This document shows, one piece after another, positions 26,138-39,267 of a stretch of 64,000 nucleotides of DNA (positions are counted from its first letter, which is position 1; each line of letters begins with the position of its first letter). The stretch is from the human T2T-CHM13v2.0 reference genome, Homo sapiens. The notes below the pieces were generated by a model. That model was not told where the DNA came from. It did not search any database and was given only the letters and a program-made list of their open reading frames with translations. The stretch lies in the NCBI RefSeq assembly GCF_009914755.1, contig NC_060944.1, one strand, 5' to 3'. Both the position numbers and the translations under genes were made by a program.

Positions 26138-27646
26138 CCATCCCTTGATTCTGAGTACACCTGGAGAGGTCAGTCTTTTTAATATGAGCTATTTGGCCAT
26201 GTGTGTAGTAATATCTCATTGTGGTTTCATTTGCATTTCCGGATGATCGTTCTTTTTAATGCCTTGGCGACCTCACACCAGCCATCTCAATGGGACTTGT
26301 TCCTGTCCTTCCGTGATGTTCTTGAGAGCCGTCCACATGGTGCGTTTGCCAGTTTCCTCCTTTGGAAGGTGGCAAGGTCTTCCCACTTGATAAGGACGTC
26401 TCCTGTGACTTTGCCTCTGCCCCATATTTCTAGTCCATCTCTTTCCTTGACTCTGAGACCTTTCTGTAAGCGGGGACTCCATGATGTTCACACACTTGGT
26501 GCCCGGTAAATAAACAGCTAGTAAATGGACTGACGGAAGCAAAGGGGAAGAAAAACAAAAAAAACCCTCCTCCCCCAAACCCCAATTTGGTTAATTGAGG
26601 GGTTCCACTGGGGTGATTTTTGGTCAATTGGAGTTTGCTTGTGAAACCGGTAAGAGCATGGACAATCAACCATAAGGTAGCAACACGCACTGAGCCCAGC
26701 ACTTTCCAGAGAATTATCACACTGTGGATGTCACAAGGATGTTGGGAGGGTCTAGCTGGCCGGTGGGATCAGCTACCCCTCAGGCCTCCGATATTTTCCT
26801 GAGGTTCCACAACCGGGAAGTGGCTGGGTAAGGTTCCTAGACCCAGGGCCTCTGATCCTACTTGCCACGATGTTTCCATCTTGTTCTGTGCTGTGTCTGC
26901 AACTCACAGCCTGGCACACAAAAGACTCTCAAAGATGTGCTCCAGGAATGACTTTGATGAGCACACACCACACACCAGGTGCTGTGCTAAGCCCGGGGAT
27001 ACAGAAGAGAATAAGGCGGCCCCAAGCCCCACCTTCATGGCGGGTCCATTATTGGGGTGGGGGATACAGGTGGTCCGATGATGAGTGCTAGGGAGGAAAA
27101 TAAAGAAGGGGAGGGAGAGGAGAGTGTGTGTGTGTTTGTGTGTGTGCATGCAAGAGGGAGAGAATCAGAGAGAGAGTGCGTGAGTGTGAGGAAGAGAAGG
27201 ATGTTTCACTTAACCACAGAGGTCAGGGAATGCCTGGCTGAGGGAAGGTGCTATTGGGTGGGGTGGGGCGGGGGAGCCATGAGGTCTCTGGGGAAAGAGG
27301 GAATGGCATGGCAAGTGCAAAGGCTCTGAGATGGGACCATGCTGTCTATGTTCAAGGGACCGCAAGGAGGCCAGTAGGGGAGGTGCCATTGTGAGTGATG
27401 GGGAGAGAAGTAGGATGGGAGCTGGGAGGTGGTGTGTGTGTGTGGCAGGGGTGGGTGGGGTTCTGAGCAGGGCGGGGATATGCCTGACTTCTTCCTCCTA
27501 GGGTTACAGGGTGGGTGATGTCGGCCAAGGGGAGGAGAGAACAAAATGAAGCAGTTGGTGGAAAGTATGCAGCCTGTGGTCTGGTACACAGTAAGCACTC
27601 AATAAGTAGCAGAGTATGTGTGGGTTTTGGATGAGTGACCGCTAAG

Positions 27647-27806
27647 CTTTTTTTTTGACACAGGGCCTTGCTATGTCACTTAGGCTGGAGTGCAGAGGCA
27701 CAATCATAGCACATTGAAGCCTCTACCTCCTGGGCTCAAGTGATCGATCCTCCTGCCTTGACCTTCCGAAGTGCTGGGATTACAGATATGAGCCACCACA
27801 CCTGGC
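27647..27806 (-). mobile_element. Alu monomer (FLAM/FRAM-like)
   Basis: polyT, then gacacagggccttgct...agccaccacacctggc. Confidence 0.8.
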
Positions 27807-28254
27807 TGGAGTGACCTGCTAAGTTTTAATGGGATTCCTGGTGGGTTGGGTGATACCTGAGGGGACCTGCCTACTTGGGACTCGCCCCATGGAGGGCTCA
27901 GTGACCTCAGATGAGCTGGAGGTGGGGAGGTGGTGGGCAGGCGAATGGGAGGAGGAACTGGTTGGGGGCAGGCACACAGTGTCCCGACTGGGAGGGCAGG
28001 CCTTTCCGGGCTCCCCACCAGCTCCCCTCAATCTCTGTGTGTGGTCCACAGGCAGGACCCCCATTTGGGCTCTGTTTATGTGTGATTACAATCTGTGGTC
28101 TGTCTCTCCCATAGGTGCTAAGTTCCCTGGACAGGAACCCATCTGTTGTATGGGTGGCTGTGTCCTCAGCTCTTAGAATGGCACTGGGCACATAGCAGGT
28201 GCTCAGTGACTACTGGATGGAGGGTGAAGGGTGGGTGATTTTGTCTACGAGCAG

Positions 28255-28380
28255 AGAGATGGGTAGACGGATGGATGGTTGGATGGCTGGGTGGTGATGT
28301 GAGCAGCACTGAGATGGAGGAGAGATGGATGGGTGGGTAGGTGGGTGGGTGGAAAATTGGGTGGGTGGATAGATAAATGG
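28255..28380. repeat. Degenerate (TGGA/TGGG)n simple repeat
   Basis: gatggatggttggatggc...ggatgggtgggtaggtgggtgggtgg. Confidence 0.7.
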
Positions 28381-30469
28381 ACCAGTAGCTGACAGGAGCC
28401 TGGACCAGGGTGGGGTAGAATTCAGTAGAAAACTTCTGGCCCAAGAGTTAGAAGATGGGGGTTCGAGTCCAGTCTTGCTACTGAGTAATAACAAGGTCTG
28501 TGGAAACCTGGACTTGTTCTATTGTTGCTCTTTGCCTCTGCTTCCCCATTATTGGTTTTTCAACTTCATTATTCCTTTTATTGTATTGGATAGATCCCCT
28601 TTTATTCAATCCCTGGATGTTTCTGAAGCCTCACTGCAAGAACAGAGTGAAAGGGAGCTGCAGAGGAGATGGGGGGCAGGGCCCAGCCCTGGGCAGCCCC
28701 CGGGAGTCCTGCAAGCCAGGGGCACAGCTTGAACACTTAGCCTGACTGTTCACCATTTTGCCACAGCTTCCTCCTCTGAGTCTTTCCTCTCCAGGGTTCC
28801 TCCAGTGAAGCCTCTGCTTCCAGTGGTTTGGAGCAGTCCCAGAAATCTGCACTGTTAACAAGCCTGCCTCATCGTTCTGAACTTATTTCTGGTTAAGATT
28901 CACCGACACCTTCTAGGACTGCTGGATCCTATAGTTCAGCAGCACCATGTGAGTGCGTGTGTGCATGTGTGTGAGCACGTTTGCATGCATGTAGGGGACA
29001 TGGGGTGGGTGGATGGTTGCAAGGACACTTTCTGTGTTTAATGTGAGATTTTATGTATTAAAACAAGACTGGAAACAACTGCAGTGTTCATGAGTGGGGC
29101 CGGTTAAGTGCCATGAGGCCAGTCCGCTCCACTCCTTGGGGGATCCTGCAGGCATTACAAATAAGGGAAAAGGTTCTGATAAGACACGATCTCCAAGACA
29201 TCCTTACATGAAACAGCAGGTGCAAACGGTGCCTATTGTTTCACCACTTGTGTTAAAACATACATGCAAGAAGAGAAGTGTGGGTATTCGTGGACAATTC
29301 TGGAAGAACACACAAGAATCTGAGACCAGGGTGGTCCCTGGGGAGGGAAACTGGGGGGCTGGGGGTGGGAGGGAGAATGATGGCATTTTCTGAATCCCTG
29401 CCGGAGTCCTAGGTTCAAATTCTGCCTGTGATCAGCAGCGTGGCTACCCCTAAGCCGGTGGTGAGCACTCTTTGAGCCTGGTTTCCCCGTGTGTAAATGG
29501 GGCTGTGTTTGCAGTGTGGGGCTGGGCTGGCGTGCAGGGCCCAGACACTCTGCTCCTGTTTTGGCTTCTGTTTCCCAGGAGGCTCCTGGTCAGGCCTCAC
29601 CTTCTAGCAGCCCCACTTGGCCCAGGGAGGGTGGGTCCCCGGGGAGGGGGTGGCCCGGTCCAGGGTGGGGCTGAGCTGGAAAAACCGGCAGGTTGGGAGC
29701 AGTCTGTGCAGGCACCATCTTCACTCCCCAGCCTGGAGGCTGTGGGGACACTCACTCCCACCCCACGCCCCTGGGAGGCTGGGACCAGAGAGAGAGAGAG
29801 AGAGAAAGAGAAAGAGACAGGTAACGAGGGCGATACAGAGAAAGGGAGAGACAAGAAAGGAAAGAGACAGAGGGAGACATTCAGAAGCAGAGATTCAGGC
29901 TGAGAGAGACAAAGATTCAGAGTCAGGAGGAAGGGGGCAGTGGAGCTCGGGTGGGGGTGGGGGCAAGGTTGCCTCTGGCCAGGTGCCTGGGACTGGACGA
30001 GGCATGGGGGCACTGGGGGGTGGGGTGGGGATGTCCATGCACCCACTGACCATGGGACAGGGGTGCAGGGAGCTGGAGCCCCCCCATCAGGACATCTCCC
30101 ACACCTCTGAGCTCCAGCTGCAGGTCTGAGTGCTCCTGGGAATCCTCCGGGGCCTCTCACTTCTTGCCCCTCCAGGCCTCCCTGGGGATGTGAACCTGGC
30201 AGCTGCCTCTCCAGGGGGCCCTCCCAGAGCAGAGCTGGGAGGGTCTAAAGTGCAGTCGAGCTAATTAGTGTTAGGCACCGAGATAATCGCAGCTTGGAAT
30301 GTTCCTTAGGAGGTCCTGGTTGGGGCAGGCAGCCTGGGGGCCATGAGGGTGCCTGGGATTGGCCCAGTAGGTCTGCTGGCTCCTAGAACCCTGAGTATTG
30401 GAGTGGGAGATTTAGGAAGCCTGGATCTTTGGGTCTTAGGGCTTGCAGTCTCTCAGTCCTCTCCAGGCC

Positions 30470-30990
30470 ATCCTGTGTAGCAGCCAAAGTGACCCACTGG
30501 ACTCCATTCTGACCATGTCCACCCCAGCCCCTGCCTGAAGCCTTCAGTGGCTCCCCATGGCCCTTAAACTGAAATCCACCTGCCTCTCCTCAGCCTAGGG
30601 GAGGCTGGTGATGAGCTCTTGATCCTGCCTCATCACTCTGACTTATTTCTATTTCTGGAACATTCCATACTTGGCCCACCTCAGAACCTTTGCATATGCT
30701 GTGTCCCCCAGCATGCCCCCTCATCCAAGAGCTCTCAGGCCTCAGCTATACATCACCTCACTGGGGAGGCCCCTGATTCCTGGCTTGCCTGGTCTCCCTG
30801 GATGCACCACGTAGCTCCCACCCCCTGCTTCCCAGGGCTCAGCGCTCTCTGTTCTCATAGTGGCATTCCTCATTCAATGTCTGCTTCCTCCACCCATGGA
30901 GTGGCAGCTCCATGAGGGCAGACTCCGGGTCTGCTTAGTCACCGTGGTGTCCCCTAGGACCTGACATGCAGCAGGTACTCCACCAGTGAG
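30470..30990 (+). mobile_element. L2 fragment
   Basis: ccttcagtggctcccc...cctcagaacctttgcatatgctg...gctccatgagggcagactcc. Confidence 0.6.
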
Positions 30991-32010
30991 CTACTGACCA
31001 CCAAGGAAGTGGACTGGACATTTCTTGCAGTGTGGACTCCTTCTACGTTATGAAGGGACCCTACTGAGCCCTGGGCTTCCCCTGTGCCCCTCCCACTGCC
31101 CCAGCCCCAGCCCCAGCCCCATAAGCTCCTGCGTCTTGAGACTCCACCAGGTGGCCCTGGCTGTGATGTCGCAAGGAATCACTGGCCAGAATCTGGTTGA
31201 GATTATCTCCTGGCTGGGCATGGCCCACGTCTCCACGCAGGGCTGGGACCACAGGCCGCCGCCTCAGGGTCCCTAAGTGTCCCACTGTGCCTCTTGTCTT
31301 CAGCTGCAGATAACAGCATTGGTCCAAGGTGGCCTTGCCTCAGCTGCAAGTGCCCGTGCTAGGGACGCGCTAGGTGGCCTCAGGGAAGTCCTTGTCTCTC
31401 TCTGGGTCTCCAGGTCACACAGAGTAGGGTCCCACCCCACATGGGAAAGCAAAAAACTGGGTAGAAATGGGGTCTCTGGTTGGGAGACCTTGGAGGAAAA
31501 ATAACAGTGCTTCTCAAGGGGGGGTGAAGTGAGAAAGTGGTTGGTGACACATGAGGGGATCCCCACGTGTCCCCAGCTGGGGGGCACAGACAGTCCAGGG
31601 TGACTGACCTGCCCCAAGTTCCCTGAATGCCTGAGGTTTACCAGTGTCCTGGGGCCCAATGAGGCAGGTGTGGAAGTGTCCTCGTAGCATGGTGGAAAGA
31701 GTTGGCAAGTGAGGCCTTGAGCCGTTTCTAGGGCACTGATCCCATGGTGCCTCAGTTTCCTTCTTGTGAAGCAGGTACAATAAGAGTTTCTACTTCACGG
31801 GGATACTGTCCTGAGCTCACAGAAGGCAATTGATCACTGCCACTATTATTGCCTCCTAAAGTCTTGTCTCACCCTGTCTCCACCTCTCTGTGCCTCCTGC
31901 CCCACCTGGCCTGGGTGATTAACCCGAGTGAGTGCAGCAGCCTCCGACTGCTCTCCTGCTCTTAGTCTCAGCCCTACATCTATTCTCCACATGCTGCCAG
32001 ACAGAGTCTA

Positions 32011-32327
<317 letters not shown>

Positions 32328-32959
32328 CATGAGCTGGGTCACGCTCCTCCCCTGCTCCACAGCCTCCAGGGCTCCTACTGCCTTCAGAATAAAGATTGGC
32401 CTCCTTATCCAGACCCACAGGTGCTGCACAGTGGCGGCCCCCTCCCCTGATCTCTGGCCACTCTCACTGTCACTTGCCCTGCTAGAGCCACCTTGGTTTT
32501 CTTTCCATTGCACCCAGCTCCCACCTGCCACAGGGCCTTGGCACACTTTGCTTTCTCTACTGGAACACTTTCGTTTCTCCTCTTCACCTAGTTAATGCCA
32601 GATCTCAGATCAGGTGGACCTCTGGTAGCAGGTGCTGTGGGGATTCCCCAGAGCCTCTTTGGTGGGATCTGCATGCATCTTCCTGCTGCCACACAGTGTT
32701 GGCTGCTGTGGGCTCCCAGCTGGGGCCCCTTAAAGCTGGAGTCCTGCCTCGCTGAGCAGGAGCTGCCTCCCATCCCCCAAACAGAGGTGGACACAGCCAG
32801 TGACCAATGAGACCAGGACTCAGGCCTCTTACTTTGAGGTGGGAGGAGTGTGGTGGTGCAATTCACGTTCCAGAGCTCCCCGGGGGATCAGGCCAAGTGA
32901 GACTCAGCGGAGGCCATATCCTGGCTTAGCTCCCACCTTGCCCTGTCCTGCTTCTCGCA

Positions 32960-33280
32960 CCCTTCTCCCAAAAGCATGTCCTCAGTGAATCACGTGCATG
33001 CCAGTCCCCAAGTCAGGCTCCTCTTCTGGGCAACCTGACCTAAGATGCCTTCCCTGCCCTCCCTGTCCCCCTTTCTGGTCTCTTCTCCATGGATCTCTCC
33101 TTGCAGCCCTGACTATGGCTGTGTTTTTACACTTGCTTGGATGATTATTTGATTGAAATCTGTCCCCCACCCCAGAATGTAAGGCAGGGATCATGTTCCT
33201 TCTGTGTTCCCAGCGCCCATCGTGGGCTTGGCACATAGTAGGTGCTCAATCCATATTTGTTGAATGACTGAATGAATCAT
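32960..33280 (+). mobile_element. L2 3' end
   Basis: ggcacatagtaggtgctcaatccatatttgttgaatgactgaatgaat. Confidence 0.75.
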
Positions 33281-33289
33281 AGCTGGGTG

Positions 33290-33560
33290 AGTCAGAGCTG
33301 GGCACTATCAAGGCCCCAGTTTCTTCCTATCTCATGGTTCTGCCGTCTCCACTCAGCCCAGCTCCTCATGGTGCCACGATGGCTGCCAAAGCTCCTGCCA
33401 TCTCTTCCTCATACAGCCAAGCAGGAAAGGCCCTCACATGTCCTGTTAAGAATGAAGAAACCATTCCCAGAAGCCCCTTGGCAGACTTCCCCATCTCACT
33501 GGCCACAGATGCATTCCATGTCCAGCCTCTGCCAATTGCTGCAAGTGGGGAAGGGGACCT
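33290..33560 (-). mobile_element. MaLR LTR fragment (MLT1-like)
   Basis: ctcctcatggtgccacgatggctgccaaagctcctgccatc...ttcccagaagcccc...cagacttcccc. Confidence 0.55.
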
Positions 33561-35389
33561 AATCAGCATCTGTGCCTCGAATGTCGTGGGTGGAGTCCAC
33601 CCACACCCACTGAGCGGGGATCTGGCTGCCTACGAGCGCAGACCCCTGAACTTGGGTCATTTTGACTATTCCTAGGGCTGTGGGTCCCCCACCTGTCCTT
33701 CCTCCCTGGGGAGCCCTTGGGTGGTGGAGGTGAGAAGGGGGCGGTGCTGGGTGAGGGTTTCAAGCAAATGAGGCGGCCAGACACCTTCACCTCAGTAAAC
33801 ATTTACAGAGCCAGGAATGCAGAGGAGGTGGTGAGCCCAGCAGATGAGTGTGTGGGGAAGACACCACCTAGGCCAGAGGTACAGATAGTGAGACAGGGAG
33901 ACATGGGGGTGAGATGGAGAGACACAGAGAGACACCCTGAAAGAACTGATGTGAGAGACACAGAGGGAAAGAGAGAGGCTGAGAAATAAAGAGGGGAGAG
34001 ACCCAGAGACAGAGGCTTTGCCGGGCAAGCTTTTGCATCAGGCCTGGAGCAGGCAGAGGCCCTCTTCCAGTGGGCGTGGTGACCGCACCTCGTTCTCTTT
34101 GGCTGAAAGTCCCAGGCAAGCCCCTTTTCCAGACTGGGCCTTGGATCCTCCTGTGTCAAATGGAGCTGTGTCCACACACTGGGCCTAACATGGACCTGTG
34201 GCCTCCTGTGACCCAGAAACAGCCTTGTGTGGTGGAAGGGAATTGTCACCCCCAGTGGAAGGGGGAGGCAGTGCCCAGGGGCATGGCGAGAGGGTGGAAG
34301 GGGGATCTGGACCACGGAGTGCATGTTTCTAAAGCCTGTGTCCTGTCTGTGCCCCACAGGGCCAGTGTGGGGCCAGGAGGGGTGAGGGTGGGGCATGGGG
34401 GTACCCTTAGGGGTGGTGCTGGCCGCCAGCTCTGTGTGCCAGTGACGAGTGTTCTGGTCATAAGAATGGCTGCTGGGTTTGAATGCTCCCCAGGTGCCAG
34501 GCACCAACCCCACCAGGGTGGTGCTGCTTAATTTCTATTTAGTTTGGACTTCCCATTTACAAACGAGGAAACTACATCTCAGCGTGGCAGCGACTTCCTA
34601 ACAACGGGGTGTAGGCTTTGGGGTCGGAAAGGTCTGGGTCCGAGTCCCCGCTCCATCCCTGACAGGCTGGGGGACCTAGGCAGTCATTTCCTCCTCCTAA
34701 GCATCAGTTTCCCCATTTGTAAAGTGGGGAAATAAGTTTAAGGGTGACATGGGGATCGGATGAGGTGCTGCCAGAGGGTTCTTAGCACAGGGCCGGGTAC
34801 ACAGGAAGCACTGGATGAACGTTAACCGGGCCATTGGATACAAGCTTTTAAGTAATTTAAAATAATTCCTTTAATGGCTCTCCTTATTTTTTTTATTTTT
34901 TTTTTAAGGGAAAGAGCTGAGGTCCAGGGAGGGGAAGGGACTTGCCCAAAGTCATTGGCCAGGTGGAGGGTCTGAGGTTTGAACCCTGTGGGCCCTGAGG
35001 CCCTCTATACCACCCACGATGGCTCAGGCCTGGATGGCCTGTTTGCGACTCAATCCTCATGGGTTGAGAAGATGCCCATAGCCTGGCCTGATAGCCCTCT
35101 GGCCTGACATCAGCTACAACCACCAGTTGGGGCAGTTGCAAAATCCCTCACCCTTTGCCTGTCGATAAAGGGTGCCCATTGCAAAACTCAGCGGAGAAAT
35201 TATTAAGGGTTGTGTCATCCTGTGGCCAGGCCCTGGGTGCCTCTTTCCTGCCCGGAAGCCTGGGTAGGGCCGACTGCTCACTCTCTCCCTCCATGGCCCT
35301 GACCCGAGAGAGAATGGGGTGGGGGTCAGCAGGGAGCTTGCAGGGAATGCGGACGACAGACCCCAGCACTGGGGCCGTCATAGTCCCTG

Positions 35390-36236
35390 ATTCTTAGGAA
35401 ATGGCAGCTCCATCCTTCTGGGTGCTCAGGCCCAAACCTCGGGTTGTCCCTTCATTTCCTCTCTTGCCCTGCATTCGATAACTGGCCAGGAAATCCTGTC
35501 AGCGCCACCTTTAAAACATCCAGAACCTGCGTAGGTTTTCCCCTCCGCTTCCACAGCTGAATTCAAGGCCACCATTCTCTCTCCTGCAGTAGCCTCCTTG
35601 CTGCTTTCACTGCTGTCATCGTCACGCCCCACTTCCCCCGTGCAGCCAAAGGGATGCTGTTAGAACCCCACTCAGATCCCATCTTTCCTCTGTTTAGAAC
35701 CTTCCTTGGCTCCAGCTGCAGAGCAAAACCTGAGGTCTTTCCCAGGATCACAGGGCCCTGTCTGATCTGGCCCCCATGGCCTTTCTGACCTCATCCTCCC
35801 TCCTTTCTTACTTGCTCACTCACTCCAGCCACACCGGGCCCCTTGCTATTCCTCCAACACACTGGGCATGACCTAACTAGGGCCTTTGCACTTGCTGTTC
35901 CTGCTGCCTGGAATGCAGTTCCTTCAGCTCTTTCCCCCAGCTGGATGTGCCACTTTATTCAGATCTCATCGCAATGTCACCTCCTCAGGGAAGCCTTCCC
36001 CGGCTACCTGCTGAACTGTCACCTCCACCATCACTCCAGCCCTTTCATCTTTCTTCCCTACTTGCCATCATGTTATACATCTGTTATTTGTTTGGTCAAT
36101 GCCTGTCTATCTCTTTAGTATGTCACCTTCCACACTGCAGGGACTGCTGTCTGTGGTGATCACGATGCTTTCTGAGCACTCAGCACAGGGCCCCGCACAC
36201 AGTAGGGGCTCCACAGAGATTTGTTCAATCAGTGAA
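35390..36236 (+). mobile_element. L2 (long 3' fragment)
   Basis: cactccagccacaccggg...agggcctttgcacttgctgttcctgctgcctggaatgc...aatgtcacctcctcagggaagccttccc. Confidence 0.8.
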
Positions 36237-37081
36237 TGGGCGCGCAGGAGGGGTGGCTGTTGGCCCAGATGATGCTTCAGCAAACATCACAAGTGTCCTT
36301 TCTCTGGCTGATGGCTCGAGGCTGGTGCCCAGAACAGGCTGCTGTGGAGACGGCTTCCCTGACCACCCTGTCAAGTAGCTCCGACTGCCCAACCCACACC
36401 CATGCTCTCCAGTCCCCTCGCCCCACACTTCCCACAGTCTCAACTTGTTTTGCTTCTGTATTTTTCATGGGCCCCTCCTCCCCCGAGAATGGAGCTCTCT
36501 GAGAACAGGGTGTCCTCTGTTGGCCCCACTGTCATCCCCCTGAGTGTCCAGTGCAGGACCCGGCACCCCATGGGAAGTGTTTCATGGCAGGTTGATCAGG
36601 GTTTGCATCGGATGCCCCATCTGCCGGGCTAGTTCTGGCTGGGAGGGTGTTAGGAGGAGATGCTGTGCTCGGACCTGCGAAGTCACGGGGGAGATGGGGA
36701 CCCACTTGGGCCTTAATTATAACACATCCCATAATGATATGGTGTTATAATACGCACACAAAGTGTCCTAATCTGATATTATATCTGGGTTTTGTACAAT
36801 AGATACAATCGGCTGGCTGCAGTTTGCTAATTCATTCTCGACCTATCTCCACGCTCCACCTAGATGACTATCGGCTTCCTTAATTAAGTGGAAGGCAAGC
36901 TCTGCAGGCGATGCTTGCAGTCCCAGCACCGACGAGTCCGGCCTGGCCCTCCCATAAGCTGGGATAATAGCTACTCCCACATGGGGCGAGGCTGGTTCTG
37001 CCTTCTTCATCCCAACCTCCTGTCCCAGTCTTGGGCGTGACAGGCCTGCTCCAAGGCCTGGTAAGCCACAAACGCCAACCA

Positions 37082-37260
37082 CCAAGGGCTCAAACCGGCG
37101 GCCTGTGGGCCGGGCCGGCCTCGAGATGTGTTGGGTTTGGCCTGCATGGTGCTTTTGCTGCAAGTTAAAATGAGTTGCCAACTATGAAAAATCAGAATGT
37201 CGTACACAAACATCCAGATTCCCGGCTTCTCTTGGGAAATGGGAAGATGCAGGGACTCGG
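37082..37260 (-). mobile_element. MER103C-like relic
   Basis: Reverse counterpart of the 745-950 element: caaaccggcggcctgtgggcc...gagttgccaac...aaaaatcag...atccagatt. Confidence 0.55.
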
Positions 37261-38891
37261 GTTCATAGTCCTGGGTGCTGGGGCTGGGGAGTGGCTGTCC
37301 CCTCTAGACAGGACATGACCACAGTTGTCTCCTGCCAGTTTCACTTTTATGTCCCTGCCCGATCTTGTAGGCAGTTGAGTTTGCAATCCCTGCTCTGGGC
37401 TTTAACAATCAGTTACCCCTTGGCAAGATGGGACAGTGAGGCTCAGAAGAGGCAAGTGACAATGGTCATTGCACAGCGAGCTGGAACTCAGGTCACAATC
37501 ATTCAACAGGTCTTTATTGAGCTCCCACTGTGTACTAAGCCCTGGAGACAAAGACCACAACAGATATAGTTCTTGCCTTCTGGGGGGTGACAGTCTGTTG
37601 TTCCACAGGCATACCATCCACCCTTATTGCTGGAGGCAATAGGATCTGTTAGAGACAGGTCCTTTATGATCCCTCAGAGTAGGTGGAAGCAGATTCCCCA
37701 TAGCTTCTGGGCCCCATCCAGGCCAGAGAATGGACTCTGAAAGGTGCAAGGGGAGTGGAAGCAGCCATCTTGGAAGGAAGCTCTTGGCAAGTGTTCTTAC
37801 TAGAGGGGGATGTCCCTAATCTCCTACCTGGGCTCCCAGAGAGCAGGAAGGATGAGCAAGGTGGGCTCAGAGGGGTCGCAGGTGGGGGTGGTGGGGGACA
37901 GGAGGGGAACAGAGAAGGCACAGTGGCATCAGCTAGACAGAGCATGGGGACTTTCCCATCCTGGTTGAACCAAGGGTGAATCAATTAGGTCCTTCTAAGA
38001 CAAGAAGTGGAGGGCAAGATGCTGAAATACCCAAGCTGCCCACCTACTAGTCCAGGAGAAAGGGCTTTGCTCAGCCAGTCTGGGAGGAAGTGTTTGTCCT
38101 CTTGCCTCCCACTCCACTGCACCACCCCTGGCCCGGAGGAGAAAGTGCAGCCTGGAACCTCTGTCCCCAGTGCCTCAATGCTGGACCCAGCTTGGGCCAT
38201 TGCAGACCAGCTGGCCTTCCAGGAGCCACATCTGAAGAGCATCAAGCAGCCCACATGCTCCGTGGCCAGCTCCCCACTGACGCGGGGGGATGAATAACAG
38301 TCCCAGCCATCATGTGCATTTGCTAAAAATAAACTGACATACTTTTTGCATTGGGAAACAATGTGGATTCCAAACATTCTCAAAGGGCAGAGAGGGGAAA
38401 AAAGGAAGAATGGAAATCAAGTTTTCGAGCTTAGCAATTAATTAGTGCCTGTAAACAAATGACTCATGATCTTTCCTGACTATTTTTCTTTCCATTTTGC
38501 GTGGATTTTCGCAGGGACTCAGGGAAGAATGCCAAATGAGCCAAGCTGATAGGCAAGACAGGACCCAGATGGGACTGTCTTGAGGGGGCGTTGTCCAGTT
38601 GGAGAGTGTGAGGAAGAGCATCAGGTGGAAGAACAACATGTGCGATGGCTATGAGGACTAAAAGATCTTGGCATGTCCAAGGAACACTGAGGAGGCCCAT
38701 GTGGCTGGAGTAGAATGGGTGAAGGGGTGAGGTCAGATAGATCCACGGGACTTGGAACATACAGACCCTTAGTGGTGTATTAAGGCATTTATATTTGATC
38801 TAGAAGACAGTGGGAGCCATGAGAGGGTTTTAAACCAGGAAAGAACATCATCTGATTTATATAATGGTGTCATGTAAAAAACAGATGATCA

Positions 38892-39267
<376 letters not shown>

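Noticed and set aside
33803-34513. 236-aa minus-strand ORF
   Set aside because: Low-complexity GA-rich and GC-rich sequence with no domain or splice evidence
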